From the NCBI RefSeq assembly GCF_037042905.1, contig NC_087252.1:6946001-7006000 (forward strand): 60,000 bases of DNA. The letters run 5' to 3'. The stretch is from Lytechinus pictus. Its lineage: Eukaryota. The notes beneath the pieces are model-generated. The model had not been told where the DNA came from and searched no databases. It saw only the letters and a program-made list of their open reading frames with translations. Positions 41,301 through 56,300 of this stretch are shown piece after piece (within the stretch, counting starts at the first letter, position 1; each line of letters starts with the position of its first letter). The position numbers were made by a program, and so were the translations under genes.

Positions 41301-44300
41301 AACAATCATATGGTCCAATAACCATTTGGTCCAGTCATCACTTCGTCTAATCACCAGTTCGTCTATGACCATTTCGTCTCATAACTAGTCGGTCTAATAT
41401 CAATTTTATTTTCCTTTAATAATTTCGCCCAATTAACACTAAGTTCATTTAGACCAAATGGCATATGGAATAAATGGCAATTGGACCAACTTGGTTATTA
41501 GACGAAATGGCAGTTAGACCATGTGGATAATGGACGAACTGATGGTAGACCAAAATGATAGCAGACGAGTTGGCATTAGACCAATTGAAAATAAACCATT
41601 GAAACGACAGAACGATGTCCACTGCTATCCATATGCATAGGCGGATCCAGGGGGGAGGGGGGCCGAGGGCCCCCCCCCCCCCTCCTATTGGCGGAGCAAA
41701 AAAAAGGAAAACAGGGAAGAAAGAAAGAAAAAAGGAGGGAAAAGAGAGGAGAAAAAAAGAAGGAGGAAGACGAGTGAAAAAAACAAGATGAGGGGAAGAC
41801 ATGGAAATAAAAATAATCTTTCATGTCACTATATAAAATGTTCGCTCGCGCTTCGCGCTCATATTGCCTCTTCGGTGATTTTCATTTCTTGTTCAATATG
41901 GAATTTAAATATAAAGTTTGAAAGTCACTCCAAAATCAAAGTTTCATTATTTTCCGTGATTTACAAATTGATTTTTAAAGAGTGCTCTATAAATATGACA
42001 GTTTTATGGTCTGAAAATTAACATTTTTCGCTCGCGCTGCGCGTTCGCAAATTTCGATTTATCAGGTTTCTATTATTTTCGTGTATTCCATAAAGTTTTC
42101 AAAATATCCCTTTTTACGTCTGATTGTCAAAACGTATCAGCTAGCGCTGCACGCTCGCATTTTGATTGTATGTCTCAATATTGATTATACAATCCCCTAT
42201 TCATGACAATGAATACAAAGATTTAGGCTCGCAATTTGCGTTCGCATTAATTGTTAAAAATATATTAACTGATGCATCCTATCTATAATTACAAAAGGTG
42301 CTCGAAATGTCCAGTTTTCAGGCCATAATATCATCAGACTTCGCGCCCTCATTAGGCATTAATGAATAAGATATTAATTTAATAATTGAATTGTCCCTTT
42401 TGTTTCATCTCGTGCTTGGCAAGAGGAATAGGAAGACAGTCATCATTTTCATATGATGACATGTCCTAAGGATGTACCGGTCCTATGTCAAAACTCAAAG
42501 TAATTATAATGAAAAAAATCAGCTCTGTGCGATCCATACCCACCTTACGATTTTCTTACAAAGTGCTTGAAATATAGAGCTGAAATTGACTCTTTTTTTC
42601 AGATCGGAATATCAAATAGTTAATGCTCGCGCTTCGCGCTCGCTTTGATTTTCATGATAAAAGATGAAAAAACTATATAGAATGCCAAAATTCTAGGTCT
42701 AAATATGAAACACGCGCGTGCATGTTTATTCAGATATTCAACTTGTTCTCTATTTAAATCATTATCCAGTTTCAGATCACAATATAAACAATTTTCTGCT
42801 CGCGCTTTGTGCTCGCATCATTAATGAAGGAATTACTCATTCTTTTCAAAATTTATAAAACATGAATAGAGTGTCCCGTATTTAGGTCTAAATCTCGATT
42901 TTTTTTCGCTCGCGCTTCGCGCTCGCATCAATTGTTTAGTTATATAGCTATCCTGTTCACGATTACAAAAATTTTCCATTCTTTATGTAGAAATGTCAAA
43001 ATCTTTAAGCTCGCGCTTCGCGCTCGCATCAATTGTTTATTATAAACCTATTCTGTTTAAGTTACAAAAAGTCCTTAGAATTTCCATTCTTTAGGTAAAA
43101 ATGCCAAAAAAAATCGGCTGGCGCATCGCGCTCGCATTATTTGATTTTTTAAATATATAACGTCTTCATGACTATTAAACTGCATGCAGTCATTAACAGG
43201 TACCTTTTCCACCAGTTCATTTCTGCTCGCGCTTCGCGTTCGTAGTAATCATTTATTTGCATACACATCTTTTTTAGGAAAACAAACATTGCCCATATTA
43301 TTCAAATTTTAGGAAAAATTACATAAGATTTCCCAAAAAAATCAGCTCGCGCTTCGCGCTCACATTATGATATTATATATTTATGTTGATTTATAAGAAT
43401 AAAGCTAAGAAGACTACCCCTTCACAGAAATATGGCTAAAAAATAATTCCGGCCCCCCCCCCTATTGGCGAAGGCCGGATCCTCCCCTGGAACACCTAAC
43501 AGGCAATGCGAGCGCGAAGCGCGAGCGAAAATTTTATATAGTGACATGAGAGATTCTTTTTATTTCCATGTCTTCCCCCCATCTTATTTTATTCACTCGT
43601 CTTCCTCCTCTTCTTTTTTTCTCCTCTCTTTTCCGTCCTTTTTTTTTCTTTCTTCCCTTTTTTTCTTTTTTTTTGCTTCGCCGATAGGGGGGGGGGCCCT
43701 CGGCCCCCCTCCCCCTGGATCCGCCTATGCATATGGATAGCAGTGGACATCGTTCTGTCGTTTCAATGGTTTATTTGCAATTGGTCTAATGCCAACTCGT
43801 CTGCTATCATTTTGGTCTACCATCAGTTCGTCCACTATCCACGTGGTCTAATTGCCATTTCGTCTAATAACCAAGTTGGTCCAATTGCCATTTTTTCCAT
43901 ATGCCAGTGTTAATTGGGCGAAATTAAGGAAAATAAAATTGATATTAGACCAACTAGTTATGAGACGAAATGGTCATAGACGAACTGGTGATTAGACGAA
44001 GTGATGACTGGACCAAATGGTCATTGGACCATATGGTTGTTAGGCGAAAAGTTAATGGACAGAATTGCATTAGACTAAATGAATGTAGACCCTGTTGTGA
44101 GTGGAGGAATTAGCAGCAGACGAACTGGTTTTAACCCACATACCGCCCAGGCAAGCAAAACAAATTCACGATGAAATTGGCGACGAAATTCACGACGTCG
44201 TGAATTTCGTCGCTAATTTCGTCGTGAATATTTAAATTGACGACAAAATTGGCGACGTCGTGAATTTCGTCGTGAATATTCGCGATTTGGTGTATTTGCG

Positions 44301-47300
44301 ATGTCCCTTCAGGGCCACCATAGTATCAGCAGATCGTGCGGTGTGTGTGTACTGCGTGTATAATGTGTTATGTGCTATAGGCCTACGGTACTCCCATGCA
44401 TGATCAGGCTGAAAGTTATTTCGGGTACTGTATTATGATAAGAAAGACCTGGAAAATATATTCGTTCCCACGGTAACTAGCTCTCGGTCAGTGATATCGG
44501 TCATGTCGGTTTTACCATCTAAAGCATGGACCATGTTCATAATACCATCGATCTCACCCCTGTTCGCTGCTAGCATTGATCATGGAGAATATGGTCATCA
44601 TGATCATCATGATAGTTTTCGTTTTATATCTATTGCTTAATTGTAACTCATCTGGGCTGGAAGTTGGGGATGTTTTGGCATGGAGCTGAGAGGCAGACTA
44701 GTATAATAATATATTGAATAAGATAAAAAAATCAAATTCTTAATTGCATGGCTTCGTCAACCAGAGCAATGATTGATTTAGGACAGACGTATTTTTTACA
44801 TGTTTTGAACTCGCATATCGACTTAGTAATCGGTGAAATTTCCATAATTTCCGCCGACAATAGTGGAAATGATATTCTAATGTATTGATCATGGATTGTG
44901 CAGCAGATCATAAACTGAAAATGAATGTTCAGGAATTTGCAAGAAAGTTGGATATTATGGATTACAGTAACATGTCGCTGCACTGAATTTATGGCGATGA
45001 ATGTGGTCTAATTACGGCACATGGTACGCCCGGACTAAGGATAAGTGATGAACAAAATTGATATTACGTAAATTGAATGTTTGAAAGAGGGAGAGAGAAA
45101 CCAAATTAGGAGAGAGAGAGAGGGGGGGAGAGTGAGGCACGTGTTTTTACAGATAACAAGGAGCTTTCGATTTTCTGCGACTGCAACGTAGTCCTAGTTC
45201 ACCGGAAGTGGTGACACCGCTCGTTCAGTATCACGTTCTTACATTGATTTAAGTCGACGTACCAGGCCACAGCATATACCAGCGTGATAGCGAGCGGGCC
45301 GTGTGCCGATGCTCGGCCGGAGAATCAGGCGTAGCCACGAACCAGTGGGGCGACTGTGGGTGCAACATTTGCACTCTTGCGCAAAAAGCCGAAAAACACA
45401 GTTGTTTGAAAATAGAACATCAATTACCTATCGGATATGTAGTGTCGGAAAACAGGACAAACTAAATTTAATGGAAAAGCTGGTAACAAGCAGTAATTTG
45501 CAGTTTACCAGCCCTGCTGAATCAACGAAACTCAAATGTTCATGCGGCTTCATTCATTTATGCTAAGCTTGGATGACGTCATAATGTCCGAACTAGCGCT
45601 CGTTCGAGCACTATGACACCGAACGTCAAAACCCTCAAATACGAGTCGCAGATTTGGGCAGTGAACGAGAAGGCTCGTCACAGATTACTTCGCGCATGCG
45701 CAGCGCTCCCAAAATTCCTTAATCTCGTACGTCCACATGGCTCGTCACAGAAAACGAAAGGTCTCCAAACAATGGACGGCGGTATACAGTATGTAGGAGA
45801 TACACGCGTACACATGTATTTTCATAGTCTAGTTCTAGACGATTTTAATCGAATCTACTTTCACCGATATATACGTACTATCCCGTGCGTACGCCCAGCC
45901 GAGTGTGCGCGCAAAACCGAGAACCTCTACTCCGAGGAAAAATCGTCTAGACCACTTGCTCAGCGGTGGCGTTACTCCCTCAGATTTTTGAGGGAAAGTC
46001 GTTAAAAGTGGACACGCCTCCTGTTCAGCCGCTAGTCTTCGTTAACAGCAGGGAAGATTACTGGGTTGAGAAATATGGTGTAATCTACCGATAAAATGAA
46101 TATCAATTACCTAAAAAGGGACTTTTTGTTATAAATAATTGATAAAAGAAATCAAATTAAACACACAAAAACATCAGAAATGAATCGTATCGTATATGTT
46201 TCCCCTGATACCTATAATAGGGTTTATAAGCGTAGACTATCGTATATGGCATACGGAATCAATCGGATCGCACAAAGCAGCACAACAGTACATAAGCCAT
46301 AGACTTGTGTACACTAGCGTACCTACGGGGGGGGGGGGGGGGCAGAGGGGGCAGTCTGCCCCCCCCCCCTTCTTTTTTTCAATTCTCTCCTCTGCTCCTC
46401 TAATGAGAAGTAATAGTAATCTTTGTCATAACTGTTGTAAACTACAATCAATTAGAGTCAATATATTTCCTTTCAATCATTATCAAGATGATGATTGTCT
46501 GTATTTACTTTTTTTCGTTTAGAAAAAAATATTAATGAAGAAAAATATAACTCTTTATCTGTTAACCCTCTTAGTCTAAATGATATTGGGAATGACTTAA
46601 ATACATTACAATTCTCTCTTGATTATGATGATGTAATAAATGATCCCTGTACGTATATGTTTTCTGATGATTTCGTCCAAAAATATAAATCTACTCCTCA
46701 AACTTTTTTCAATACTACATGTCAATTCAAGGAGCCTGGTTCGTAACTATAACGAATTACTACTTCTACTCAATTCATTAAATGATAGGTTTACAATTAT
46801 TGGAATTTCTGAAACTTGGTTTCGTAGCAATATTCTAGTTCATATGTTTGAAGTCGATGGATACTCACTTGTCCATATATATAGACTTAATAAACACGGA
46901 AGAGGAGTAGCTTTATACATGTATATTAGAGACGATATTGATTATAATTTATGTTCTGATATATCTTTTAGCTGTGATCATTGTGACACTCTCTTTATTG
47001 AAATTCAACAACCCAAAAAGAAAGCAATTATTACTGGATGTGTTTACAGAGTACCTAATACTGATATTGCCATGTTTGAAGAAACACTCTCAAGTATTTT
47101 TGTCAATATGAATCCACATAATAAAGAAATATATCTGTTAGGTGATTTTAATATCAATTTACTAAATTATGATATAAATTATAAAACTAGTCATTTTTTG
47201 GATAATCTGTTTTCATATGGTTTATTTCCATCTATTACTAAACCAACACGGGTAACTAGACATTCTGCAACTTTGATTGATAACATTTTTACCAATTGTA

Positions 47301-50300
47301 TTCATATGCATAAAAACTGTGGTATAACATATTCCGATATCTGAGATCATTTCCCGATTTTTTGTTTGAAAGAAGAATTACCAATTTCTATTAATCCACC
47401 TTTTTGTACTAAATCACGCGTTTTACAAATGATAAAATTAACTTATTTAAAAGTAAACTACACTTGATTGACTGGTCAGGCATTTACTGTCAATCAGATG
47501 TTAATATATCTTATGAACTATTCATTCATAAACTTAGTCATTTATATTTTGAATGTTTTCCACTTGTAAAGAGGAAAGTCCGTAAAAAATACGATAAACC
47601 TTGGATCACAAAGGGTATTAGCAAATCTATTAAGAAAAAACATAAACTTTACTGTCGTTATCTAAAGAAGGCTGACATTTCAAATCGTGATAAATATGTT
47701 AGGTACGAGAATATTTTAACAGGTATCATTTGTCAACGTAAAAAATTATATTATGAAAACTTATTTAAAAACGTGAAAGGTAACATGAAAAAAAATTGGT
47801 CCGTAATAAACTAGCTCATGGGTAAGAGAAAAAAGTCAATACCTTCTCATATGTACTACAATCAAACCAAAATATTGGGTAAAGCTTCTATTGCTGAATG
47901 CTGAAGCATTCAATAATTAATTTGTTGATATCGGTAAGATTACACAAGAAAAGATATCCATTTCCTCGTCTCATTTTCAATGACTATTTATTCAACCGTG
48001 TACCAGTTTCACTATTCTTTAACCCAACTTCCCATACCGAAATACTTAATGTTCTCTCTTCCATGAAATCATCTGCCTCACCAGGTTCAGACTGCATTGC
48101 AGCACATGTTATCAAGGCATGTATCCATTTTATTATTACCCACTTTGCTTTATATTCAATGAATCAATGTCGTAAGGCACTGTTCCTGATAAACTTAAGA
48201 CTGCTATGATAGTACCCATTTGCAAAAAGGGTGATAAGCATGACATCATTAATTATAGACCTATTGCCCTTTTATCTTTCTTTTCAAAAATGCTAGAAAA
48301 AATCATTTATACGCGGCTTTTCAAACTCCTCTCGTCCAATGACATATTAATTTCACAACAATTTGGATTTAGAAAAGATTTTTCTACATAACTTGGTGTA
48401 TTAAATTTAATAAACATTACATCACAAGCAATCGATGATAGCAACTATTGTCTTCGTGTATTTATGGACCTCTCAAAGGCATTTGAGACCCTCGATCACC
48501 ACATTTTGATAAGTAAATTAGAAAACTATGGTGTTAGAGGGGTTCCACTACAGTGGTTCACCAGTTATTTGATACGTACATGTAGAAGGCAACAAGTGGT
48601 GGTCGATGGTGTCAAATCTAAGTTATATATCTTGTGGAATTCCTCAGGGGTCTGTGTTAGGCCCCCTCCTCTTTCTTTTATATCTAAATGATAAAACTAA
48701 TTGCTCCTCAGTTTTACGATTTTCATTATTTGCTGATGATACCACTGTTTCACTTACTCACAAAAAATTAATGATCTTATATCATCAGCAAATGATGAAT
48801 TGGATAAACTACATAAATGGTTCGTTTGTAATAAACTGCTCTTGAATTCTGAGAAGACCAAGTATATAATTTTTCGAGGAAGAGGCAGGACGGTTCCTCA
48901 GAATATTACTAATCTTATTATTGGAGGTAATGTTGTATCTAAAGTTGACAGTATCCAATTTCTAGGTGTCTTTTTAAATGAATATCTTTCTTGGAAACCC
49001 CATCTCAACTCAGTTTGTACTAAGATATCAAGATCCATCGGGGTTCTCTGCAGACTTAGACTTTGTATGCCTCAGACTATTTTGACTTCTTTATATATCA
49101 GTATTATTCTCCCACACTTAAACTACTGTAATATTGTCTGGGGTCACACATTTAAAACTCACTTAGATAAGTTATGCATTCTACAAAAGAAAGCAATCCG
49201 AATTATATGTAATGCTGCATTTAATAGTCACTCCAAACCGCTATTTTCCCAATTAAACATTTTACCATTAAATGGCTTAATATCACTGAATTTTCTTGTT
49301 TTCATGTACAAGTTCCATATTAACATTTTACCTCCTACCTTAAGATATATTTTTGCTCCAAATTCATCAGTTCATACTTACAATACTCGTCAATGTGATC
49401 TCATTCGTCTCCCTCAAGTTCAAACTTCTGTCGTTTCTAATTCTTTTAAAATGACTTTCCCTAAATCATGGAATAAACTTGCCAATGACATTAAAAAGAG
49501 CTCCACTATTACTAGATTTAAAAAGTTATGCAGGGCAATGTTAACCTTTTAACCTTCTGAAATTACCAATGTACTTTTTTGGGGGGCTGTATTAGTGTGT
49601 TATTATTTTTTGTGTTTTGATAATTGTTGATATATATGTTACCTGGTGGCCCCTATTCTAAGCCTTGCTTCTCCGGGGTCACCTTACCATCATTGTAATT
49701 TCCCTTCATTGTTGTTAATTTGTTTGTATTGTTTTTGTATTTGATTGTTAACAATAAATTGAATTGAAATTAGAATTGAATTAATTGAAATTAAATGTAT
49801 TTGTTTTCTAATTCATTTTTATTTAGTGATTGAAATGGTAAAGGGGGGGTAGGCAGATTTTTGTTTTCTTATATTTATATTTTTATAAATATAAGAAAAA
49901 ATGGTTAATGATTTTTATTTTAGTGATTAAAATGGTTGGTATAAGGGATGGTAGACATGTGGGTTTTTTGTCCGTTTTATTTATTTATTTTTTTTTCTTA
50001 GTGATTGAAATAAAATAAATTTATTATATACATAAAGTCATGTATATTATTTTTTTTTTCTTCTTAAAATTACAATTAGCCAAAGTACCTGCTCCTGCTG
50101 CCCGCCTTCTATCTTCTTTCTTTCTACTTAGTGTACTGTACTCCTCTGTCCCTCCTGTCTTCTCCCCTTCACCTCCCCCTCTCTTATAATATTATAAAAC
50201 GTAATATTTTCTCACATGATCCATCAGTTACGTTTTTTTCAAGTGCACAAAAATTGTTTGTATTTTTTAAAACAAAATTATTATTACGACTCAATGTCTA

Positions 50301-53300
50301 TTTGTTGTAATTTTGTAATGTAACTAAGATAGGGGCTTGCCTCTTGTAAAAGCTTTGCCTTTTTTCGGCAAGTCCCTCCGTTTTACTTTTAAATACAAAT
50401 GTCATCCGAAATAACTTTATTTACTGAATTGTGTTCCTTAAATCTATGATTATGTTAGATATATATATATTATGTTTTGTCTTGTAGTATTTTCGACCTT
50501 GTTATATTATGTTTATCATGCTATGTACATTGTGAAACGGAAATAAATAAATTAAATAAAATAAAATAAAATCAAATTTATATTAAAGTTATGAAGCCAA
50601 AATATTAATATACTACCACTAATTTTAATGTATGTTATAGTGAATTAATTATTTACAATACTGTTATTGAACAAAAATGTCCATCAGACGGTAAATTTAT
50701 ATCTTGTGGTTTTTTTTGCTAGGGTGGGGGCATTTATGATTTAGATTATGCCCATCCCCACTAAAACTGTATTTAATACATGTGCATCTGCTTTTTCAGT
50801 TGATCAGTTGTTTGTATCATATTTATTCTCGTTTTGAAAATGTCATTGGACACACTTTGATTTATTATTAATATATTTTGTAGCAACAGACCTCTCTCTA
50901 ACTAATAATACTATTGTTTAACAATATTATTGTTTGATATAAAGTTTATATATATGTTTTATTCTTGCGGATGTTACCTTATAAGTCCAGGTCGGGGAGG
51001 AAAGCCTGCGGGCTATAGTAATTTCTTTCCCAGGCAACTTGGACTTGTACTGTAAACATCCCTGTTCATTTTGTCATTGTAGCTTTGTAGGCCCTATATT
51101 CTCATGTAAACTGATTCATTGTAAACTTTTTTTGTTGAAATGCCGAATAAAATAACTATAAAGAAGAAGAAGAAAAGGATTGAAGAAGAAGAAAAAGAAG
51201 AAGGCGAAGAAGAAGAAAGAAGAGAAAAAAGAAGAGGAAGTAGAAGATAACAAAAAAGCAGAAGAAAGGGAAATAAAACCGAGACCTCCATTAAAGGACA
51301 AGTCCACCCCAACAAAAAGCTGATTTGAATAGAAAGAGAAAAATCAAACAAGCATAACACTATAAATTTCATCAAAATCGGATGTAAAATAAAAAAGTTA
51401 TGACATTTTAAAGTTTCGCTTAATTTCACAAAACAGTTATATGCACACCCTGTTCGGTATGCAAAATTGAGGGAATCGATGACATCACCCACTCACTATT
51501 TATTTTGTATTTTATTAAATGATATATTTTGATTTTCTCGTCACTGTCATGTGAAACAAAGTTTAATTACTTCCTAAACACATGGAATTCCATTATTTTA
51601 ACATTTTGTGGTTCAAGCAAGGGGGTCCTAATTGTCAAATTCGTAAAAATTGAAATATAGTATAATTCAAACAATAAAAAACAAAAGAAATAGTGAGTGA
51701 GTGACATGATCGACTCTCTCATTTGCATATCACTGAGTTGAGCATATAACTATTTTGTGAAGAATAAGCGGAACTTTAAAATGTCATAACTTTCTTAGTT
51801 TACATGAAATTTTCAGTGTTATGCTTGTTTGATTTTTCTCTTTCTATTCAAATCAGATTTTTGTTGGGGTGGACTTGTCTTTAAAAGGAGGTCTCAGTTT
51901 TATTTTCCTTTCTTCTGCTTTTTTGTTATCTTCTACTTCCTCTTCTTTTTTCTCTTCTTTCTTCTTCTTCGCCTTCTTCTTTTTCTTCTTCTTCAATCCT
52001 TTTCTTCTTCTTCTTTATCATTATTGTATTCGGCATTTCAATAAAAAAGTTCACAATTAATCAGTTTATATGAGAATATAGGGCCTACAAAGCTACAAAG
52101 ACAAAATGAACAGGGATGTTTACAGTACAACAGTCCAACATGTTTTTTTTACATCTATCTCCATTTTGAATATTTTCTTCTTTCACGATTCTGCACAACG
52201 TCAAAGATATTGGTGTAAGAAATGTTCATCTTCCAGCCCCCCCCCCCCCCCCTCCCTCTCTTTTATTTTTTTTATTCTCTCTCCCCTACTCGTTACCTAA
52301 TTCTCTTTCTTTTTCACTTTCTTCTCCTTTTCCTCTTCACCACTTTATATCTCACTTCCGTTTTTTATCAGTTTTTTATCCTTCTCAATTTCTCTTCGAC
52401 CTCAACCCCCCCCCCTCTTTTATTTGTATATCCCTTTGCGTGCGGGCCCGCGAAACCGGATACCTCTTCCTGCGGCGGAGCCGTTTTGGTACATTGCTGG
52501 TATTTGGATCTGTGGTGGTGTTTTCCTAAACAATTGCTAATTGCGCCAAACTGAAGTATTTTCAGGATTTTTAGTAAATGTAAAGATGAAAGATCAGACA
52601 TTTTTCTTTCTAGAAATGAAGGTTTCGCTTCTCAAATCAACAGAATAGTTAAGAAATTTACTAGGAAATAGTCGTGTTATTTTGTCAAATCTTCGCTTTT
52701 TCCCAAGTCAATAGGCACTGTGTACAAAAATGCGTAAGGGCATTCAGCACGCACGGACGGGTCGGGTTCGATCGATACCGCTTTGTTGTCTGCTCTAGTG
52801 CTTTTTTCTTTGCCTATTGTCACACTACTCATAAATGGTCTCTTTAGCCCCTTGTATAGAGATCATTTGCAAAGTGTATAATTGCGACGATAATCCGTTT
52901 TGGGTGAAATCACAGCATACCAAATACCTTTATTTTCCAGAATGAATAAAAAAGGGGAATATTCCCTTGCAAGTACAATGATGATGCTGCGCAACGAAAG
53001 TCCGAAACTAATTTGTGATTTTTGGCTTCTGGGCTTCAAGACGGTGGCCTCAATGTTTCACTAAAAATCGCCTTTGGTTTCTTTTTTTCATGAATTATTG
53101 TTTGTAATAAACATAATTTTGTTCCTGAAGATTGCATACCAGTGTTCGATCTGTTTTCCTGTTGCAATTTCAAAGAGTGAAGGGGATAAAATCCTATTTG
53201 ACTGGCGGATGGTAAATTTGTTTAAATTATTGCGCGTTTGTCAATAAAAAATTTACATGTATTTATAAAACGGTACCAATTAGGGATTTCCTCGTTTTCC

Positions 53301-56300
53301 CTTTCTCTGGTTTCTAACCTGTAACTTAACGGTATTTTCTACCGCTTTCATTCCCTTTCTTATATCTATCGTCTTTCTATATCCCCTCCCTATTTCAACC
53401 TTTTTTTCTCTGAGTTCTTCTCATTAAATTATATCTGTATCGTCTTCCTTCTCCCCGATTTGGATTACAAGGTATATACCCGCCCCCACCCCCCTCAATC
53501 CTTTCTATTTTTTTCTTCTCAGTACCTGTCATTTTACATTACATCTTACGTCTCCCCTTCTCTCTCTTCATCGGAAACGGTTCCGAGAGTATGCCTCGAT
53601 TTTGCCAACTTGTATTGATCGGAGATGGTTGCATTTGTGGGCCTCTCATCCAATTGCATCGTGGTCATCATGTCGAAAATTTAGGGGTTCCCCCCCCCCC
53701 CGTTTCTCAAATTGATATCCCGAAAAACCTTTTAAAATCACTATTGTATATAAATTTTATATCATCTTCCATTTTCTATATTGATAACGTAGGTTTAGAT
53801 ATCTTTCGCAAAAGACAAAATGATGATGAGGATCATCGTATAAAAATGCACGACTAAACTATTTTTTGTGAACTTGGGGCTTGGGGTTATGGCAAGACAG
53901 AGGCCTCAATCTTTCACTAAAATACATTTTTGAGATTTTTTCATAAATTATATGTCTCATTTAATTCAATTTTCCACGCAGCTATGATAATAAAATAATT
54001 TTGTCCCTGAAGTTTGCGCACCGGTATTCAATTTGTAATATCCTGAAATTATTTCAAAAAGTTAAACGAGTAAAAGTGACTAAAATTGTAAGTCTGAAAT
54101 CATACATCCCAACTCTCTTCTTGTCACTTTCTAAATTTCTTTCTTTATTTTACTTTTCACTAAAAAAGAGCCATGCTAGTAATTACTGAAAGTAAGAGAA
54201 AGTATTTTTTTTTAAATAAATTATAGCATCCGCAATCAAAAGTATTTTTTTTTATTTGTTCTTTCGTTTTGTTCTATTTTTAATTTGTCTCCTTGTTTTC
54301 ACAACCGAAAACAAAGTAATAAATAAATTATAAAAAAACATTCCTAATAGTTAGAATTCATTTTTATCTCTATCGTTTAAATCGTTCTATCTAATAGTAC
54401 AGAGGCTGCGGGGTTGGTTGGAAGTTTCAGTCCTCACCCCTTTGTACACAAAATCCGAAGTCTATATAAATTTGTGATTTTTTTGGCCAGTCCACTCCCT
54501 CCCACATTCAGCTCAACCCCTCCATTATCAAAACGCACAGCGGCCCCTGTTTTTATTTCAAAAATCAGATATTTTGGTTTTGATGCTAACCAGCTGGGTA
54601 AGCGCCCCAAATGTTTGCAGTAACGGAAACAATTTTTTTTCTATATGAATCTTTTCTACCACGCTATTCGCCGGTAAAAAAAAGAAGAAAGAAATTCGCG
54701 AAAAAGTAGGAAAATTAATAAAATTTGGGTCGTTATTAACCCTTTATTTTGGGGGGGGGGGTGTAGGTCAAACATGAATAAAAGTTTGTAGGATTGAGAG
54801 GGTTCTGTCGGGTGACACGCCAGACAAACTTGTTTTCTTTATAGTGGGTGTCTTAACGTAATTTCTCATATTATCATTTTACATGTATTTCTCCATTTCA
54901 GGCGAGGAAACTTTTAGTTCATAATTGGTTTTATCATGAAGTGATTATGTTTCCATCAACGTTTTAATGCAAAAATTCTCATCTTGGAGAAAAAAGGAGA
55001 ATAAGATAAAGAGCTTCTAAAAACTAATCTATTATAAATTCATTCTGTAACATGACATGAATTAAAAAAATTTGATATTTTTTTAGCCGATTCATCCCCG
55101 TCCCACAGCTCAAACCCTGCACCATAAACAAACACTGCTGTCCCGGTATAACAAATCTTTTTCCAAATGGTTTGGATGCTAACCATGGGAAGCGCCCCAA
55201 ATGCGATTTTTTTTTTTTTGTCGTAACGGGAGGAAAAACTGGCCAAGTGGTCTTTATTCTTATCTTTTCTACCGCGTTACTCGCAATTAAAAACAGAAAA
55301 TAGGAGAGAGGAGACAAACAAGCAATATTAGAGTGTAGGTCAGAACATTTCCATCGGGGGGGGGGGGCTAGGTCAAACAAGAATAATAATAAGGACCGAG
55401 TTGCGACAAACAAACGTTTTGGGATTTTTAAAAAATTAATCTAACAAAAAATAAAGTCATGTTGTTATTCGTTTAAGTAAATATTCATGGAATTCCCCTT
55501 CCCCCTTTCCCCTTTTATCTCTGTTTCTCATTGTCTCTCGTTCTCAGTGACATCTGAACATTTTTTTTCTATCATTTCCCTAAATGATCCTTCTTTCATC
55601 TATATATGCATCATCACCCAGGGGAAGCGCTTTTATGCAATATGAATCACTGACCGACGTCATAAGCACCTGTGTTGTCGGTAATCGAGACAATTTGTTT
55701 TTCTTTAGATACGGTATGTTGGTCGAAAAAAAAGTATTCATAAAAACTTTTTGTATTGCTAAGTACGAAAAGCATTCAATAGGTAATCCTGCCGATAAAC
55801 ACTAATCTTCCTTTTGTTCGGGGCGTTAATTGACCATCTGTATCCTGCTCTTTTCGGAAGGAATTTGTTTGAGTGGCCGCCCAGACATTATTTTGTTTGG
55901 GTAGTCCCGATATCGTGAACTACATGGACGTTTCCCTTTTGTAAAGAGCATAAGATGAATGGTGTGCTAAACTGCTTTCTTTTCTCTTTTTTTCAGAATA
56001 GTAGACAAAAATAATGAGAAGAGGGATGATGGGGAGGGAAAAAGTTCAAAAGTGCACCGAGATCAGCTCAAAGTACTATAAGACATTACAAACTTTTTGT
56101 TTTTCTGAAAATACAATCGATCGACGAAACCAAGGAGATATCATTCTATCTAGAGTGATATCTCCTTGATGAAACAAATAAGACAAAAATGGTGAATAAA
56201 CGCGTAGCTTATTACGTGACGATCTTGCAGAAAAGATTTTAGCTTTTATTTCAGAACGATATGGATCAAATCACGTGATCAGAACAAATCACGTGATCAG

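Noticed and set aside
45230..45800. Kolobok protein remnants (ECKCC on minus strand; MARHRKRK on plus strand)
   Set aside because: Motifs too short and frames close quickly; cannot be distinguished from chance
46380..49552. Active retrotransposon or domesticated RT gene
   Set aside because: Multiple frameshifts and stops; no ORF1
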